Source: Psilocybe cubensis (Eukaryota). Taken from it: a stretch of 64,000 bases of DNA. The position numbers were made by a program, and so were the translations under genes. Below the pieces are notes generated by a model that was given only the letters and a program-made list of their open reading frames with translations, ran no database searches and was not told where the DNA came from. Position 1 is the first letter of the stretch. Each line of letters opens with the position of its first letter. The DNA lies in the NCBI GenBank assembly GCA_017499595.2, contig CM039001.1, forward strand, positions 3,658,001 through 3,722,000. The letters are read 5' to 3'. Below are positions 10,923 through 24,741 of this stretch, in pieces.

Positions 10923-13900
10923 TTACTTCATCATCGCAGTCGTTTGTTGCTTTTCTCCAGCGTTGAAGGGGTGTTTGTCACCGAGGACTTGTCGAAGAAG
11001 CAACTCCACTCGCTCACGATCTTCCCTCGACCTCCGAAGCTCTTCCATCACCCTCGCCTCTCGTTGCTCATACACCTCTCCCATAGCACTAAGGCTGCCG
11101 AGCGCTGCGTCCAACGCCCGTTTCAGATTTTCCTCCACTGATCCCGAGCTGCTGCCGTCAGATCCGTCTCCGGTACCTGAAGAGCTAGAAGCCGAGTGGA
11201 GGAGTCTGTCGACCAAGGACGATTTGTCGGGACGCGTTAGCCTTCTTTGTGCCGCGACGCGGGCAAATCCGGCGCGTATGTCTTTTATGCTGGTTGAGTT
11301 TGCAAGATTGGGATGTCTGCGAATTGATCGTGACTTAAGTGCGTGTAATTTTGTAGTATGAGAAGGTGAAGCTAATAAAATCATCGTCGCGTCAGTCTGG
11401 CGATCTAGAGCTTGGAACTAGTAGAACCAAGGAGAACAAAAAAGAATCAGAATTGATGTCCACGAAAAGAATCGAGAGCGTATCTTACAGCTTGAATAAG
11501 GTTTTCCCAGCCCACCTCCCACTTTCTGCGCCGTTTAGTTATGTTCTTAACAAAAGTAGGATGATATTCTAGATCTATAAGATCTTCATAGTCGTCGTCG
11601 TCGTCCTCATCAATCCATTCACCAGCATCATCCTCATCGTTGACAGGAGGCGTCATGGCAGACACCGGGAATGGTAGCGGATCGTTCACGACATTGTCCT
11701 TGTTTATAGTTATTCCCAGTTGCGGGGCCACAACCGAGTATCTATCCTCACCCGCCGTCTCTTCACCAGACGACGACAACTCGGGACTAGTCTCCCGCGG
11801 TTGTGTGCTCTCCACACGCGGCGGGGGTTTGCGCGCATACGCCTGCCTCCGAGCATGCATCGCCCGATCCCGATCCTTCTTCCTCATCGTGAAACTAGGC
11901 GGGACGGGCAGCACTATCGGCTGATGGCTCGGGCTCGACCGGATGCTCGCATTGTCCCCCAGCGCGCTCGTCGCGCCATCACGGTCACCCACGCGCGGCA
12001 ACATCGCCAGCGTGTTCTGGCGCATCATGCGCGTCGTGTGCAAGATCGCCCACTCGTCGTACCGGCTGTCGGTGTTGGGACGGAATGGCGTTGCAGAAGG
12101 GGAGAGTGTCGAGTCGGTGACAGCCCCGTGGTTGTTCTGCGCGTATATTTGCCACTGCCGCGCGACTTTATCGGTGATGGTCGATTGATCGATGCCATTT
12201 GGGAAGAAGCGCTGGCTTGGTGGGATATGACGGTTGCGCAAAACATGATCGTAGGGGTAAGGGTAAGGAGAACCGGCGGCACGTGCAGGTCTATACGTAC
12301 CCCCATTATTATAAACATGGAGCAGCGGGGAAGGAGATGGCGCTGTGGACTGACTGTGAGGAGTGGGAGGGACAGGAGCATCAGGGCGGGGTGAATTGAG
12401 ATAGTGCAGGTAGTCGTCAGTGTAACCTTGGAAATCATCAGGATAGACCTGGGGTGCAGGAATGTATCGAGCATTAGACGGTATAGATCCAACCCCATAA
12501 AAGGATTCAGGAGGATAATCCTGGTACTGATGATGGTCTTGCTCAGGCTGCTTATGCTGATCAATATTTTGCGTGGAGCGTTCTGTATTTTGAGATTGTT
12601 GGGGCGGTGCTTGGGCAGCAGAAGCTTGTTGAGGCACTTGCTGTTGCTGCTGCTGCTGTTGTGGAGGTTGTTGCTCTAAAAGAGTCGTTTCCAATCCACG
12701 CATGACATGGTCCGAAGGGCCATTTCTGGCTTTACCTTTGGGAAGGACAGGAGCTGGAACTCTAACAGGAATAGTCTGGCCAGGATAGTATATATCACGA
12801 TTGTCTTCAGGCAGTCCAGTAGCTGGTGACCTTGGTGTGTAGCTAGCATCGTCTTCCGTACTATCTCGTTCGACAAATTGTGCATGCGACTCGTCGAGCT
12901 TCTTGCTTCCCTTCTCCTCGTCGCGATAGACGTTTGAAGCATCGAAGCGTTGATTGGACCCAGGGTCAGGAGTTTGGATATCCGACGAAGAGGTGGGAGA
13001 GGGAGATCGATATGGCTCTTCATTGGTCTCGGTGCTAACTTTCCATCCGGTGCCGTTTTTGGACAGCACTTCATCCTCTTCCTGCACTGGGAGAGATCGA
13101 TCAGGTGTACGGGTCGCAATGGTCTGCAAGGGCGGAGAAAAACTCGGCATCGTCACATTCAAACGGCTATCCGCATTTGACGCTCGACGTGCGGTTGCTG
13201 ACGCCTCCCGGGCATTGTAAGCCGCGAGATAGCTTCCCGGATGCGGCTCGTTGGTTTTGATAACGGGCGAATGCTGCGCAGGAGACATTCGCCGTTCTGG
13301 TGTGTGTGAGGATGCCTGCACAAACGAGGATGCGATGGGAGACGAGTTCTGCCTTGTCTGTGGAGCCTCGCGAGCAAGCTGCTCTCGACGTGCGCGACTC
13401 ACAGAGTCTGGGATCGACGGGCTAGATCCTTCAGTAGGCACCCTAGCCCGATCCGGATTGGCCTGCTTAGGTGACTCGCTGCGCGGGAATGAATGAACTT
13501 GCTGGCTCGATTGATATTGTGCTTGCTGCTGCTCGGCGGCACGATCGATATCAGCGAAGAACTCTGGGGTCATCTGCGACTCCAGTTCTTGGAATTTGTT
13601 TGGATACCCTGCGATGGGCGCTCTTAGGGGAGGTCGAGGATAATGTGACTGCTCTTCGGAGAAATTGGGCGGGTTCGGATGGGGTGGGGTTGGGAGCAGC
13701 CTGGAGACCTGACCAGGCGGTGGGGTGCGCCTCATACCATTGTTAGGTATAGTAGGGCTGGGCTGCTGCTGTGCGCTCTGTGGGGTGTTAAAGTTGGCTA
13801 TGGATGGCACCAATGGCATAGATTGGGATTTCAACGCCCGAGGCCTTTCACGAAGAGACGGAGAGGGAGACATTTCCCTGGTCGGATGATTGAGCATCGC

Positions 13901-14103
13901 CCCTAAGCATCAAGACGATTAGCACTCTTGATATTAAGATCGCGCAGGCGAGTATGGCTCGAACGCAACGTGTGTTCGTAATCAGGGCCAAGTTGGCGCT
14001 AGATTCATGTGATGGAAGAAAAGGTGTTGTATATACCTTGGTTAAGCTGCTGCTGCTGCGATTGCGGCGGCCTGCGAGACCGTTGAGGGGAACTAGTCGC
14101 CAT
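10923..14103 (-). CDS. Large, mostly disordered P/S/Q-rich uncharacterised protein with an ordered-looking C-terminal segment and a coiled coil
   Basis: The 816-aa ORF 11447-13897 splices in frame to an upstream exon (ATG 14103) and a downstream exon (FQALDRQTDATMILLASP...EELRRSREDRERVELLLRQVL). Confidence 0.85.
12636..12675 (-). repeat. Imperfect CAG/CAA trinucleotide repeat encoding poly-Gln
   Basis: ttgctgttgctgctgctgctgttgtg on +; QQPPQQQQQQQQ in the protein. Confidence 0.8.
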
Positions 14104-15523
14104 GGGTGAGTTGGGGAAGAAGGGAAGAGGAAGTGGGCGTTCAAAAGGCCTGTACGGAGCAAGATAACTGAAAGATTGTCAAAGCGCGTTTCCAACGTGT
14201 TTAACAGCAGCGCAACGCACATTAGGAGGGGCACAACGAGGTCGGCATCCAGGTTTGGAAGTCCCAGTCTGCCTCGAGGCAAATCGCCCCATCTGTCCGG
14301 TCAACACAACTCTATTCTCTCATGTCGCCTTCACCATCAGAATACACCGCCCAATATTCATTTCCGGTTGACAGAGCGACAACGACAAGAATGTAATAGT
14401 TTAGTGCAAAACGTCGCTTTCAGGTTTTTGTTTATTCGACTCTTTGTAGTTCCGGAACTGGAAGGTTTAGCCATTTTAGGTGGCACTAATCAGGGTCCAA
14501 AAGGCCTTTAGTTTATATGAGTTACGCTCACACGAGGCTCTCTCTCCATCTTCAGCGACTATATCATTTCAACGGCTTGTTTTTCTTTGTATAACGGCAG
14601 AGGCTTATTTCAAGTTGGTTTCAAGCAATCAGTACTGACAGCTGCCAACTATACCTTCTCTACTCGGAGCTTTCCGTAACATCAAGTTCTGCAAGGTTCT
14701 TGTTCTGCGGGAAACATGAAAGACTAACTGGAATTGACAATAATCATTCAAATTCTCATCGACGATATTCTTTGCAGCTACAAATCGGACTTTGGCAAAT
14801 GTGTAGCAGTGCATTTATATTTTCAGAATTGCCACATTCATTTTACTAAACGCGAGCTTCAAAGGTGAAATTGAAGAAAAATGATGAGAAAACGAAACCC
14901 GAGTATGCTTGAATTGAATATAATGGTGGTTAAATTAGCGCTCGTACACAAATTTCCGATGCCATATCTGTTCAGAGCGGCGCTTCCACGAAGGATTGGT
15001 GTTGCCTTAAATGTTAAATTGAATGCCCACAGCACCGGTTAAGGAAAAGGGCAATTCATTAAGACGATTCAAAGAGAAATTCCCTCTATGGGAATTGATT
15101 TACTCTTAAAAGGCCCTGCATAATTAAAGGCAGATAAATTGAACAAGTATACGTTGATGGAGGCCTGCTGAGACGCAGATTGCAGCGCAAAAGGCCAAGG
15201 AACTGGCAACGGGTCGTTACAAGTTCCCGACTCAGCAGGATGAACTTGATAAAGCGAAAAACCATTTTTTGAACGCGGAATCAACAGAATTGATGTTCAG
15301 ATGCAAAGTGGAAACTTGCTGTGGCTGTAGCGGGTTAAAACACTATTGTTGTCACACAAGACAGAACAAGTCAGAACAGAAAATGTTGACATTCCCTCAA
15401 TATACTAGTTCGAATCCGGCCATACAAGTACAAGCTTAACTACAAACAACGGCGTAACACAAAGCTCGTTAAAGCGGTCAATCAATGGCGTGTAGATCGT
15501 ACAGAGGGCACAAGACCTATATG

Positions 15524-17923
15524 TCAAATGGGATAGGCCAGAGAGAGATTGGACAGATATTCCATCGGAAGGAGCCTATATGTGTCCTGGGTTACGTTTG
15601 GCGAAGGAAGTGGATCGTCGTAAAAAGTTAACATGTTGGGAGTGTCATTTGTATATTCGGGCCATGCTGTAGTACCATCGACGTTTGGGTTCAACGTGTT
15701 GACAAAACTGATTACGTATGGGTCCGTAAGGTTGACTCGAAGATCGGATCCGTGGTCCTACATAAAGGCGCTCAAGGTGAGCGACGAAAACCCTCGGCAT
15801 AAAATTCCAATACAAAACTTACCGATCCAAGTGGTCCTGATAATTTCAACCGTTTGGACACTGAAAAAATAGGTAAGAAATTGGTTTTTTGGGATTCTTT
15901 TCAAAAAATCGACCAACAGTAACTCCAGACTTTCTGCTTTGAAGCAATATGCTTGAGCATAAACCTTCTAGGTGCCTGGAAAACTATATCTCCTTGGAAT
16001 GCTGATACCCGCTTGTAATTTGTGTAGATGGTGTTATTGAGACCTGTATCAAAGGGAGATCCTTGTGTTGGGTCTGCTGGATAATAGTCCCAGAGCTTCG
16101 AGAGTTCGTCCTCAGTGGCATTCGGCAACCAGACGTCGCGAATCCAACCTCGGTAAGAGTCCTCCGTACTGGTTTCAATGAGTCGAGATCAGCTCATATG
16201 AGAATCAGAATGGAAACTCACAGTACATGGATAGCCAAGAGCGGCGATATCGAGAAGCCAGTACCTTCATCGTCGCAATTACCTAGGCCTGAGATCAGCG
16301 TAAATTCTTTATGAACTGGTCCACCAGACATACCTGACACGATAGGAATGGATGAGACTTTTCCAGCTAAAATTTGTTTCATAGGAGCCTCTTGAAGAAA
16401 TATGCCATCTGCTCGAGGAGGCCATGCCAAGTGCAGTCCCTGTATAAATCATTGTTAGCCCTAAAGCCTTTGCGATAAAAGACCAACACACCTCAGGTCC
16501 AACAAAGTTCGGAGAAGCATCAACAGCCGATTTCAACTGTTCGAGCGGTATCTCCCGGAGGCATTTCAAGCTATCAAGTGTCTTGTCGCAACCTGTTTTG
16601 GAAGAAATCAAGTCATAGACACCCTAAAAAATCATTGAAAAGATGGCATTGTACATATGGCAAAGGACGCACTTGACCGTTCAACATGCTATCCACAGGT
16701 ACCGGAGCTCCTGATTGCATAAAAGCACCATGGAACAGACCCTGGGTATCACCGCCGAAGGCAAGCATCTGAAGTGACGCAGATATAGCACCCGCAGATT
16801 GTCCTAAACTAGAAAATGAAACGAAATTGAGCAATCTGTAGTTCGATATGACCCAGGTCGACGCACATAGTAACCCGAGTGCTATCGCCGCCAAATGCAT
16901 GTATGTAGGTCTGGATCCATTTCAAAGCAACACGCTCTAGAGGGATAATTTACTGTCTGCATTTATTCAAGACAATATTTATCGAAGTTGACTCACGATC
17001 ATAGAGGCCAAAGTTGCCAATACCCTCGTTATGAACCTCTGATCCCGCCAAGAAGCCATAGGCTGTTGAATAAAAAGTTTGAATCAATTCTATATCTGAA
17101 TAGGTTACTGATATACCTGAAAGTCTGAAATTCGTTCTCGAGATCAGTTTTTCATTGTAAAAATGACAGGAATCGTAGCATACCTATAATTCATCGTAAC
17201 GAAGATGATGGGGGTGCCGGCCGAGATGGACTTCTCAACGGTACGCGTGGCCTGAGCGTCAACACTGTACGTAGTCAGTTAATCATATCATCAAAGAGAA
17301 AAGAGTACCAACTCTTCCGAACGGCCTTGGATAAATCCACCTTGAGACGATGATGGTATGAGTACTATGAAATTTTAAGTTTTTTTGTGTTTCACATGCC
17401 TCCATAAATCCACTAAGACATCAAATAGAACACGGTGAGCAAAAGCCCTATGTCAATATCGGCCAACTTACCACAGCCACAGGCAATTTCGCTTGTGCAC
17501 TGGAACCACTTGGTTTGATTATATTGATAGATAGACCTATTAGCATGTCAGTTCTCCGGTGTAGTACTGTATTTACATATTGTAGGCAACTCACATTCCT
17601 CGGCAGTTTCGAAATCAGTAGAAATAATTGGCATGGATTGTTGGATGCAAGCGGGGCCATATTTCGTCGCGTCAATGGGTCCATTGTAGGATTGCAATGG
17701 TACAGGTAAATTGAAGCGCCTATCAATGAAAATCCATAATGTCAATTGATTTCCTGGGGCAGTGCCGACAGAGAGTAAACACTTACGGGGCTGAAGCGAA
17801 AGGGATACCTAAAAATTTGGATACGGGGCCGATATCTATTCCAGTAACGTTGGTAGACCCCAGCATTACTGAAGCTCCCAGAGCCACTGTCGGACAGGCC
17901 AGCGCATAGAAGAGTGCCAACAT
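15524..17923 (-). CDS. Secreted type-B carboxylesterase/lipase (many introns)
   Basis: Signal peptide MLALFYALACPTVALG; FLGIPFA; GNFGLYD; nucleophile elbow GQSAG; AFMQSG; GNCDDEGT; HGSDL; ends NLSLAYPI*. Confidence 0.92.
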
Positions 17924-18941
17924 GATTGAGATTTCTCAATGGATTTCACTCTGCAAGCCACACTTCGAAAACCAGCAATCTTTATAGGCTTTTGCAAGCC
18001 GGGAAATTAACGGTGAACCATTTTTTAATCTTATCTTTTCACCACAAAAAATGGATCCTTCGCACTTCGAAGGTCGCCACAAGCGCAGGCAGTGGCGTTA
18101 CTAGTTCATGGCAATCGTTCCATGCATAGATTGACGTAAAGCGTCGGTATCAGGAAAAATCGGCGTGTTACAGACCCTTGACCACCCGATATGCAAGGGT
18201 TATGACTTCACCAAATAATGTCTCAGAAGGTGACTCGGTGCTCAATATGCGTTACTGGCTGGGTAATCTGAGTAAATTTGTGAACGTAGTCTGAACATAG
18301 CTGTCGTCAACATCTAGAATTTCGAGCTAGCATCGGAGGGGTATAGAGAAGAAGTTCCTGCAGCAGCAGTTCACCGGCTTCAGAAGTGCGATATGTTGTC
18401 ATTTTACGAGGCGCTCCACAAAGTTCAGTCATTAACCAGGAAACAGGGCACCGAGAAACCAGCGTTAGAAGAGAACGATTCTAGTCATCCAAGAGAACCG
18501 AGCTATATCACGCAAGGTGAAAGGGAATAGAAGCTCTTGTACTTGACCAGGTGATCAAGGCTTGAACGAAAGTAGTTTGAACGACAATGAAGGACTTTCG
18601 GTTCGCTAAGTTGTTGGCACCTTTTCATTGAAGTTGTGGCACTTGCGGTAACCTTCGCCGTGGAGTTGAACTTCATCGTACTAGCAGCAGAAAGCTGAAG
18701 TTCAAAGGCAGCAGTAGAGGAGATTTTCTGGATCGCACTGCAGCATTGACAAAAAATGAGCAGGAACGTAGAATGTGGCGTGAAGGAAACCATGAAAGTA
18801 TTACTACAGCATCATGCTGACTTGAAGCGGAGTTTTAACATTTTCGTTCTCCGCGACACGCTTCTCCTGACGCCAAGGATTCGCGACGGAACTGCTTGAA
18901 CACATTTTTCCTACTATTTCCATTTCATTTCTATATACCTA

Positions 18942-21653
18942 ATGTCTCGTATTCCGCAGCCTTCCTCTTCTCGGACATCGTTGAAACCACCGACAACTCC
19001 GGGAAAGTCAAGGATAGCCACAACCAGCTCGCCGTCTGCCAGCGCTGCATCTACCAGAACGCGAACTATTTCAACTGCTCGGTCTAAGACACCAACTAAA
19101 CCCAAAGCTAATACAAGCCCACCTCCACCTAAGGACCCTCCAGCACCAACATTGAGCATCAAAGAGGCCATCGCTTTGAAACGAGCAGAAGCTAAAAAGG
19201 CACAAGCGAAATTAGGAAGTGGAGCTGGGTCTCGTGGGTTGGAAGATATCGGGGACCTTGCGGATGCTCTCCCAGAGGTGAAGCCTCCAGAAGAGGAAGA
19301 CCTACTCGGAAGGTTACCTGTTCGAGATACCATTGAACAAGCCCGCAGTACAGGTGAGTGGTAGTTCTCTTTTGTTTTGTAGTACTGAACTTAGTCAAAG
19401 TCCAGGATCGCTAAATCTTGCCACAAGATCATTACCGTGTCTTCCTTCAGCGTTATTTGAGATCCATTTGGGCCTCAGTCCGGACCCTTTAAAATCGGTT
19501 CCCAATGAGCCGGTTCTGCCACCCTCCGAACCGAAACCAAACCGTAGGGGAGGTGACAAACCTGCGTGGTTTGAGGCTCAAGATCTAACTGTCTTAAAGG
19601 CATGGAACAACGACATCCAGGAGATCCAGCACGAAATTTCTCTCTTTGGCTCTTTAAAAACCATCGATGTAAGTGTTGTATTAGTTCTGTTAACTCTATC
19701 GTATCTTATTCACAAGGATATTTCGTTAGTTGCACAAAAACAAACTATCATCACTACCAAATACGTTTGCAGACTTGACTGCATTGACTGTTCTCGATCT
19801 ATCCTACAATTCTCTTACGACCCTACCCGACAAAATATTCGCCCTTCCAAACCTCTCGACGTTAAATATATCTCACAACATTCTAACATCTCTTCCTTTC
19901 AACGCCCCTTTTGCCGGAACAAACCCTCGTTCGCGATCAAACCACAGTACAAGTTCTGGAGGATTTTTTACTCCCGAAGTCGTTCATGCCACTACTCCCC
20001 TACCTCACCTCCTTGTTCTTGATGCAAGTGACAACAAAATTTCGGCCGATTCTATCGATGACTCTATTCCGGTCTCCTTAACCAAATTAGATTTGTCTGG
20101 AAATCCACTTGGCCTTTCCCAAACACTCCTGCGCAATTTGGCATCCCTCAAAAAGCTTAAAGAGGTTAAACTTCATAAAGCAACTATAGGCGACGATTCT
20201 TTCCCGCCTACTCTGTTATCACATCCTGCATTTGCGTCTCTTCGATTATTGGATCTATCAGAGACACAAGTCACACACGATGCAGCGAACCAAGCGTTGA
20301 AAGACGTGAAACAAGATCTCAATTTTGATTTCTCGACGGAGGATCCGCCCGATGGCGTACTTCGTGTCTTGGTGGGCAAACAAATAGCGAAAGAGCCCTG
20401 GGAGCTGGAGATGGAACGGAAGGCTAATGCGAAGAAGGCCGCCGCATCCCAAGCAGCCTTAGAGGATGATTGGTTTATTCCTGCTTCGCCAGGGGCACCT
20501 AGGGCAGCGGCATCTACAGAAGTAAAGGCCAAGTCTCCACCAGCCAAAACGCCACCGAAATCTACCAAGCCTAAAGAAGTCGTGAAAGAGGCATGGGAGA
20601 TTGAGGCTGAGCAAGGCCTGCTTACAGAAGGAGGGCGACGAAGAGCGAGGGCTGCTGCTGCTGCTCAGGCTCAGGCTCAAGCCAAGTCGACGCAGACAGC
20701 AACTTCATCCGATGGCAATGGCACTCCAACTCAGAAATCTCCTTCGACGGGCTTGAGCAGTGCTGAGTATTTCACTCACACCACTCAGACCCTCAAACTG
20801 CCTGCCTCTGCGCCTGCAACCAGCAAGGCTGTTGGACACTCGAGAGCATTCTCGATGGCCGCTCCCTCAGCGTCGTCGTTCTCGTCAACAGGAGCACCTA
20901 GCACAAGAGATTTGATCGTTCCTACTCCTACCTTACCTTTGTCAACCATTGTCGCCCAACCATTTGCTCAGTCGCTCAGGGTTCTTATCCTCGCCAATAG
21001 ACGCCTGGACAGGTCCTTCGAACTCCCTGTGCTTCTAGATAACATCACCGCCAGTGGATTTTTGCCTAACCTAGAGGAACTTGACTTGGAAGGCTGTAAT
21101 CTGAACGACCTAGTTCCTGTGCACCGAGCGGGTGGATCAGATGCCAGCACAGGGACGAGCTCTCCGCCTCGAATCAACGAGCCCATCATTCCAACGTTAA
21201 GCAAGCTATTTCCTAGCCTCCGGACTCTCAACCTCTCATACAACGGCTTGACAAACGCGTCGCTTACTTCTCCGGCTTTGATGGAGCTTATACTCGCTTC
21301 ACCGCAACGAAAGGGCCTTCGCCATCTGCGCCTGAGGGGCAACAAGATATCAGAGTTGGACGGGTTTTTGGACTTGGCTGAGTCATTCAAAGGAAACAGA
21401 GAGGTGCCCGCTTGGAAGATGGAGGAGCTAGATTTGAGGGATAATGAGATCGGAAAGCTCCCTCCTGAACTAGGGCTCCTGCCCTTGGATGTCTTTTTGG
21501 TGGATGGGAACATGTGCGTCATCGTCTCCGAACCCGTCAAAGTTGCGTACTGACTAGTTTATTAATTTTAGCTTCCGTGTCCCGCAGAGGCGTGTATGGG
21601 AGCGTGAGGGCACCAAAGGGTTGTTGAGCTGGCTTCGCGGTAGGATCGAATGA
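18942..21653 (+). CDS. Leucine-rich repeat (L-domain-like) protein
   Basis: Multiple LxxLxLxxN repeats (LTVLDLSYNSL, LSTLNISHNIL, LTKLDLSGNPL, LRHLRLRGNKI). Last exon FRVPQRRVWEREGTKGLLSWLRGRIE*. Confidence 0.88.
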
Positions 21654-22272
21654 AATCAGGATTCTGCTTCATGGCGATGAGTCCCGTTTTTTGATTTTCA
21701 GCTTTCGACATTTTGGCATCACATTTGTATCATAAAGTCAATCATTCTCTCTTAGCACGGATTATAATCACGCATTATCTCATTTTACCTTCTCCAATGA
21801 TACAGAAGCGGAAACTCACAGCAAATTTGCGAAGGGAATGGCGGAAGCATAAAAATATCTCTGGTTTGCCCTGGGATATCATGGGTAAGTTGAAAAATCA
21901 CGCTCCTATTATTGAAGCAGTGACAAGGCGCGTGACATTTTGTGACGCACCGCGTTTCCTCCTTCCCCGACAACACCAAAAGCGGGTTTCCTTCGCTCGT
22001 GCAGGGATTCTTCGGAATACAGAATCATTCTCCACTTACAAGCATCGTATGGAAGCGTCATTGCTCGACTGTGAAGCCTTACTGCGGATACTGTACAATG
22101 CCTACCCCTACTTGCCTGGGAACCTATAAAAGCTCGGAATCCCACAACTCGCAATGCCTATCAATCGTTTTGTTCTCGCTCTAGTGTCACTTCTTTGCTG
22201 CTTTTGACACTAACGGCATCGTATACTATGCAATCAGTGGACTCAGTAGTACCATTCCCGTCATTAGACGAC

Positions 22273-24741
22273 ATGCCCGAAATGGTAGTGGAATCATCAA
22301 GCTCTAGTCCAGGTATGAATGCTCAGTCTGTATATCCACCTGAATTGACATCTATGGTGTAATTTTACTTGCAGCGCCTAGGTTTAAGATTTCTGTAGCA
22401 TCCATCGCTAGTCCTGGTACGTCTTTTTGCTGTTTAATAAGCCTAGTTTCAGTCACCGACAACAAATTTTCTCAGTGGAATCGCGAAATACTACAACATC
22501 CTCAAAGATAACTTCTTCAGATAAACTTTCAGCTTTACCTTCAAACAGGAAACTTTCCAACCAGGATGCACTAGCGACCTCGACATTCACTACCTCGAGT
22601 AGTATCAAACGCGGATGGCGAAGAAGTTTCGATGGTTCCGATCTGCACAAATTAAGTCATAATGTATGGGGAACCCCACATGTCGCTGTGCATACCGCAC
22701 GATTTGAGCCTCATCCGATCAATCATCCAATGCGAGGTACATCGGACCAAATGTCTTCAGGGAAGGAGACGCCGCGTCAGCGCGTTTCCACTGAGAGCGA
22801 TCGAGCATCTTTGCCTGCAATGCGACAAGGTACGTGCAATATCTCATTGTAGTCATTCGAAAATTTCTAAGCAAAAACTCTAGCAGCCATTTCACGGCTC
22901 GCCCGAGGAAGTGGGCCTTCTCATTCTTCACCGCCTCTTCGATCATCTCCTTTCAAGTCAAATCATCCGGAGGAAGACTCCGATAATTACTTAACGTCTC
23001 GTTCCCCTTCACAGTCAAAGTCGCGAGCAGCTTCGCCTCTTCGAATGCTACATAATTGGTCCTCAGGCTTTCATCGTAGTAACAGGTCCTCAAATGAGGA
23101 GCCTTTCATACCAATCGACCCATTCAGGTCCGGAAGATTTCCTTTCTGCGGCACTGCCCACCGCCATTTTCATCACCTTCACGACGTCGAGTTGGGTGGA
23201 TCCTCTTCCAGCGGTGCATGCGACTGCGATGACCTCGTCCCTGTTGCATCAGTGCGAGCCTTTTTCAAAGATACCCAGACTTTTATCACGGATACCCTTC
23301 CGCGCGAACTTTACCTGAATTTACTACTTCGTCTGCCAGCCATGTATTTTTCTCGTGTGGCTCGCATATTTGAAGATGCCGATGTCAGCAGACCAGACAT
23401 ACAGCGCATGATCAATACTTCTTGTGGGACCATTCGCGGGCGACATGTCCATCCTCATCCTCCTGGGGAATCCGAAGCCGTAAATCCAGAAGCTCGATCC
23501 GGTGGAGGCAAGAAGGGGCCAACCACAAATGCAACTTTGTCGCCAGGTGCTATATCCGGTATTGGCTTGTCGGCACACATTGGCACGGCTCCTGCTACAA
23601 GTCTCATGCACATGCCTCTACCTTTCCCAGACGAATGGACCCCAGCGGTCGTTTCGCCGGCTTTGATTAGGTTCAAACATTCGTGGGAAGCATTCATTGA
23701 CTCGCTGCTCCGTGAATGGAAGACTTTGAATGTAGTTTCTGCATTACTTGCGTCGTGAGTCTAGTTTGCTATTGGACGCATTTTTTTCATGCTTAACTTT
23801 GTTCTAACCTAGGGCTATCCTTACGATTTTTCAAATACCTGAGGCGGCAGAGGACCCAGTTACGCGAACGCTTGCACTATTATCGCTCATATGCGCTTTA
23901 ATGAGCCTTTCGTATGGATGTATGTATATTGTCAGGTTCGGCACAATGCGGAGCATGTTTCATGCATCTAGATGGGCAGAGGTGAGGACAGCAATTACCA
24001 CACACATGATTGAAATTTGACGTCAGAGAAATTGCTTAGGAGGCCCAGAAAACCAAAACTCTTATTTGGTGGAACGTATGGGTGCTGCTAGCAACACCGT
24101 CTGTGTGGATGGCATGGTAAGCATTCTGCTTCATCGTATGTTGTATTTGTCACTGAAATTAGACCCCAAGGTCAATGCTTCTATTTTTATCTGCCATACT
24201 GTCGTTCGTCTGGCGTACTGGTTCAGTCCTAGATCCAGAGGATCGACCGCCTTTGGGGGCCAAAGCTATACTCGGGCCTCGGATTGCCATTACCCTCGTG
24301 TTTTTCTTGGGGATAGTTTACCTTGCGCTCATAGTGCGCACTCTCAAGAAATATGGATCTCAGCAGAATGCGGCACGCGCGTTGATTGAAGTAGGGTCGA
24401 GTGGGCGGGTCGACCAAACCGCCGCTGCCAACGTTGCAGTCGCCCGAGGAAAAACCGCAAAACATCGACATGACGAAATTATGGAGCGAAGAGGGCGAGA
24501 GAGAGAACGTTCTAGTTTACCTAGGGTTCGAAGGAGGGAAGATACAGACACGAAAGGAAGAAAAGAGGGGAGAAAGAAAACCTCGGGGGATCCTGACGCG
24601 AAAGTTCTAGCACCGAAAGGCGTATTCGGTCTGGTTGCGATTGACAAAGGACCTGGTGCCCGTGATGACACGCATGAGTTTGAGCTGCAGGTGGATTCGA
24701 AGAGTTTTGAAGATATCGTCATACAAGAAATGCAAGTTTAG
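22273..24741 (+). CDS. Uncharacterised basidiomycete membrane protein (C-terminal multi-TM region; start uncertain)
   Basis: Spliced core LLLRLPAMYFSRVARIF...WEAFIDSLLREWKTLNVVSALL/AILTIFQIPEAAEDPVTRTLALLSLICALMSLSYGCMYIVRFGTM.../WWNVWVLLATPSVWMAWSMLLF. Confidence 0.8.

Noticed and set aside
11640-13906. Numerous + strand ORFs of up to 224 aa
   Set aside because: Antisense shadows of the GC-rich 816-aa minus-strand exon, with no recognisable motifs.
15405-15422. GTTCGAATCC, a tRNA T-loop/B-box-like motif
   Set aside because: The flanks do not form a T-stem, and there is no acceptor stem, D-arm or anticodon arm; it lies in the esterase 3' region.
18503-18793. 96-aa minus-strand ORF upstream of the LRR gene
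   Set aside because: No recognisable domain or convincing splice structure; it cannot be supported without expression data.
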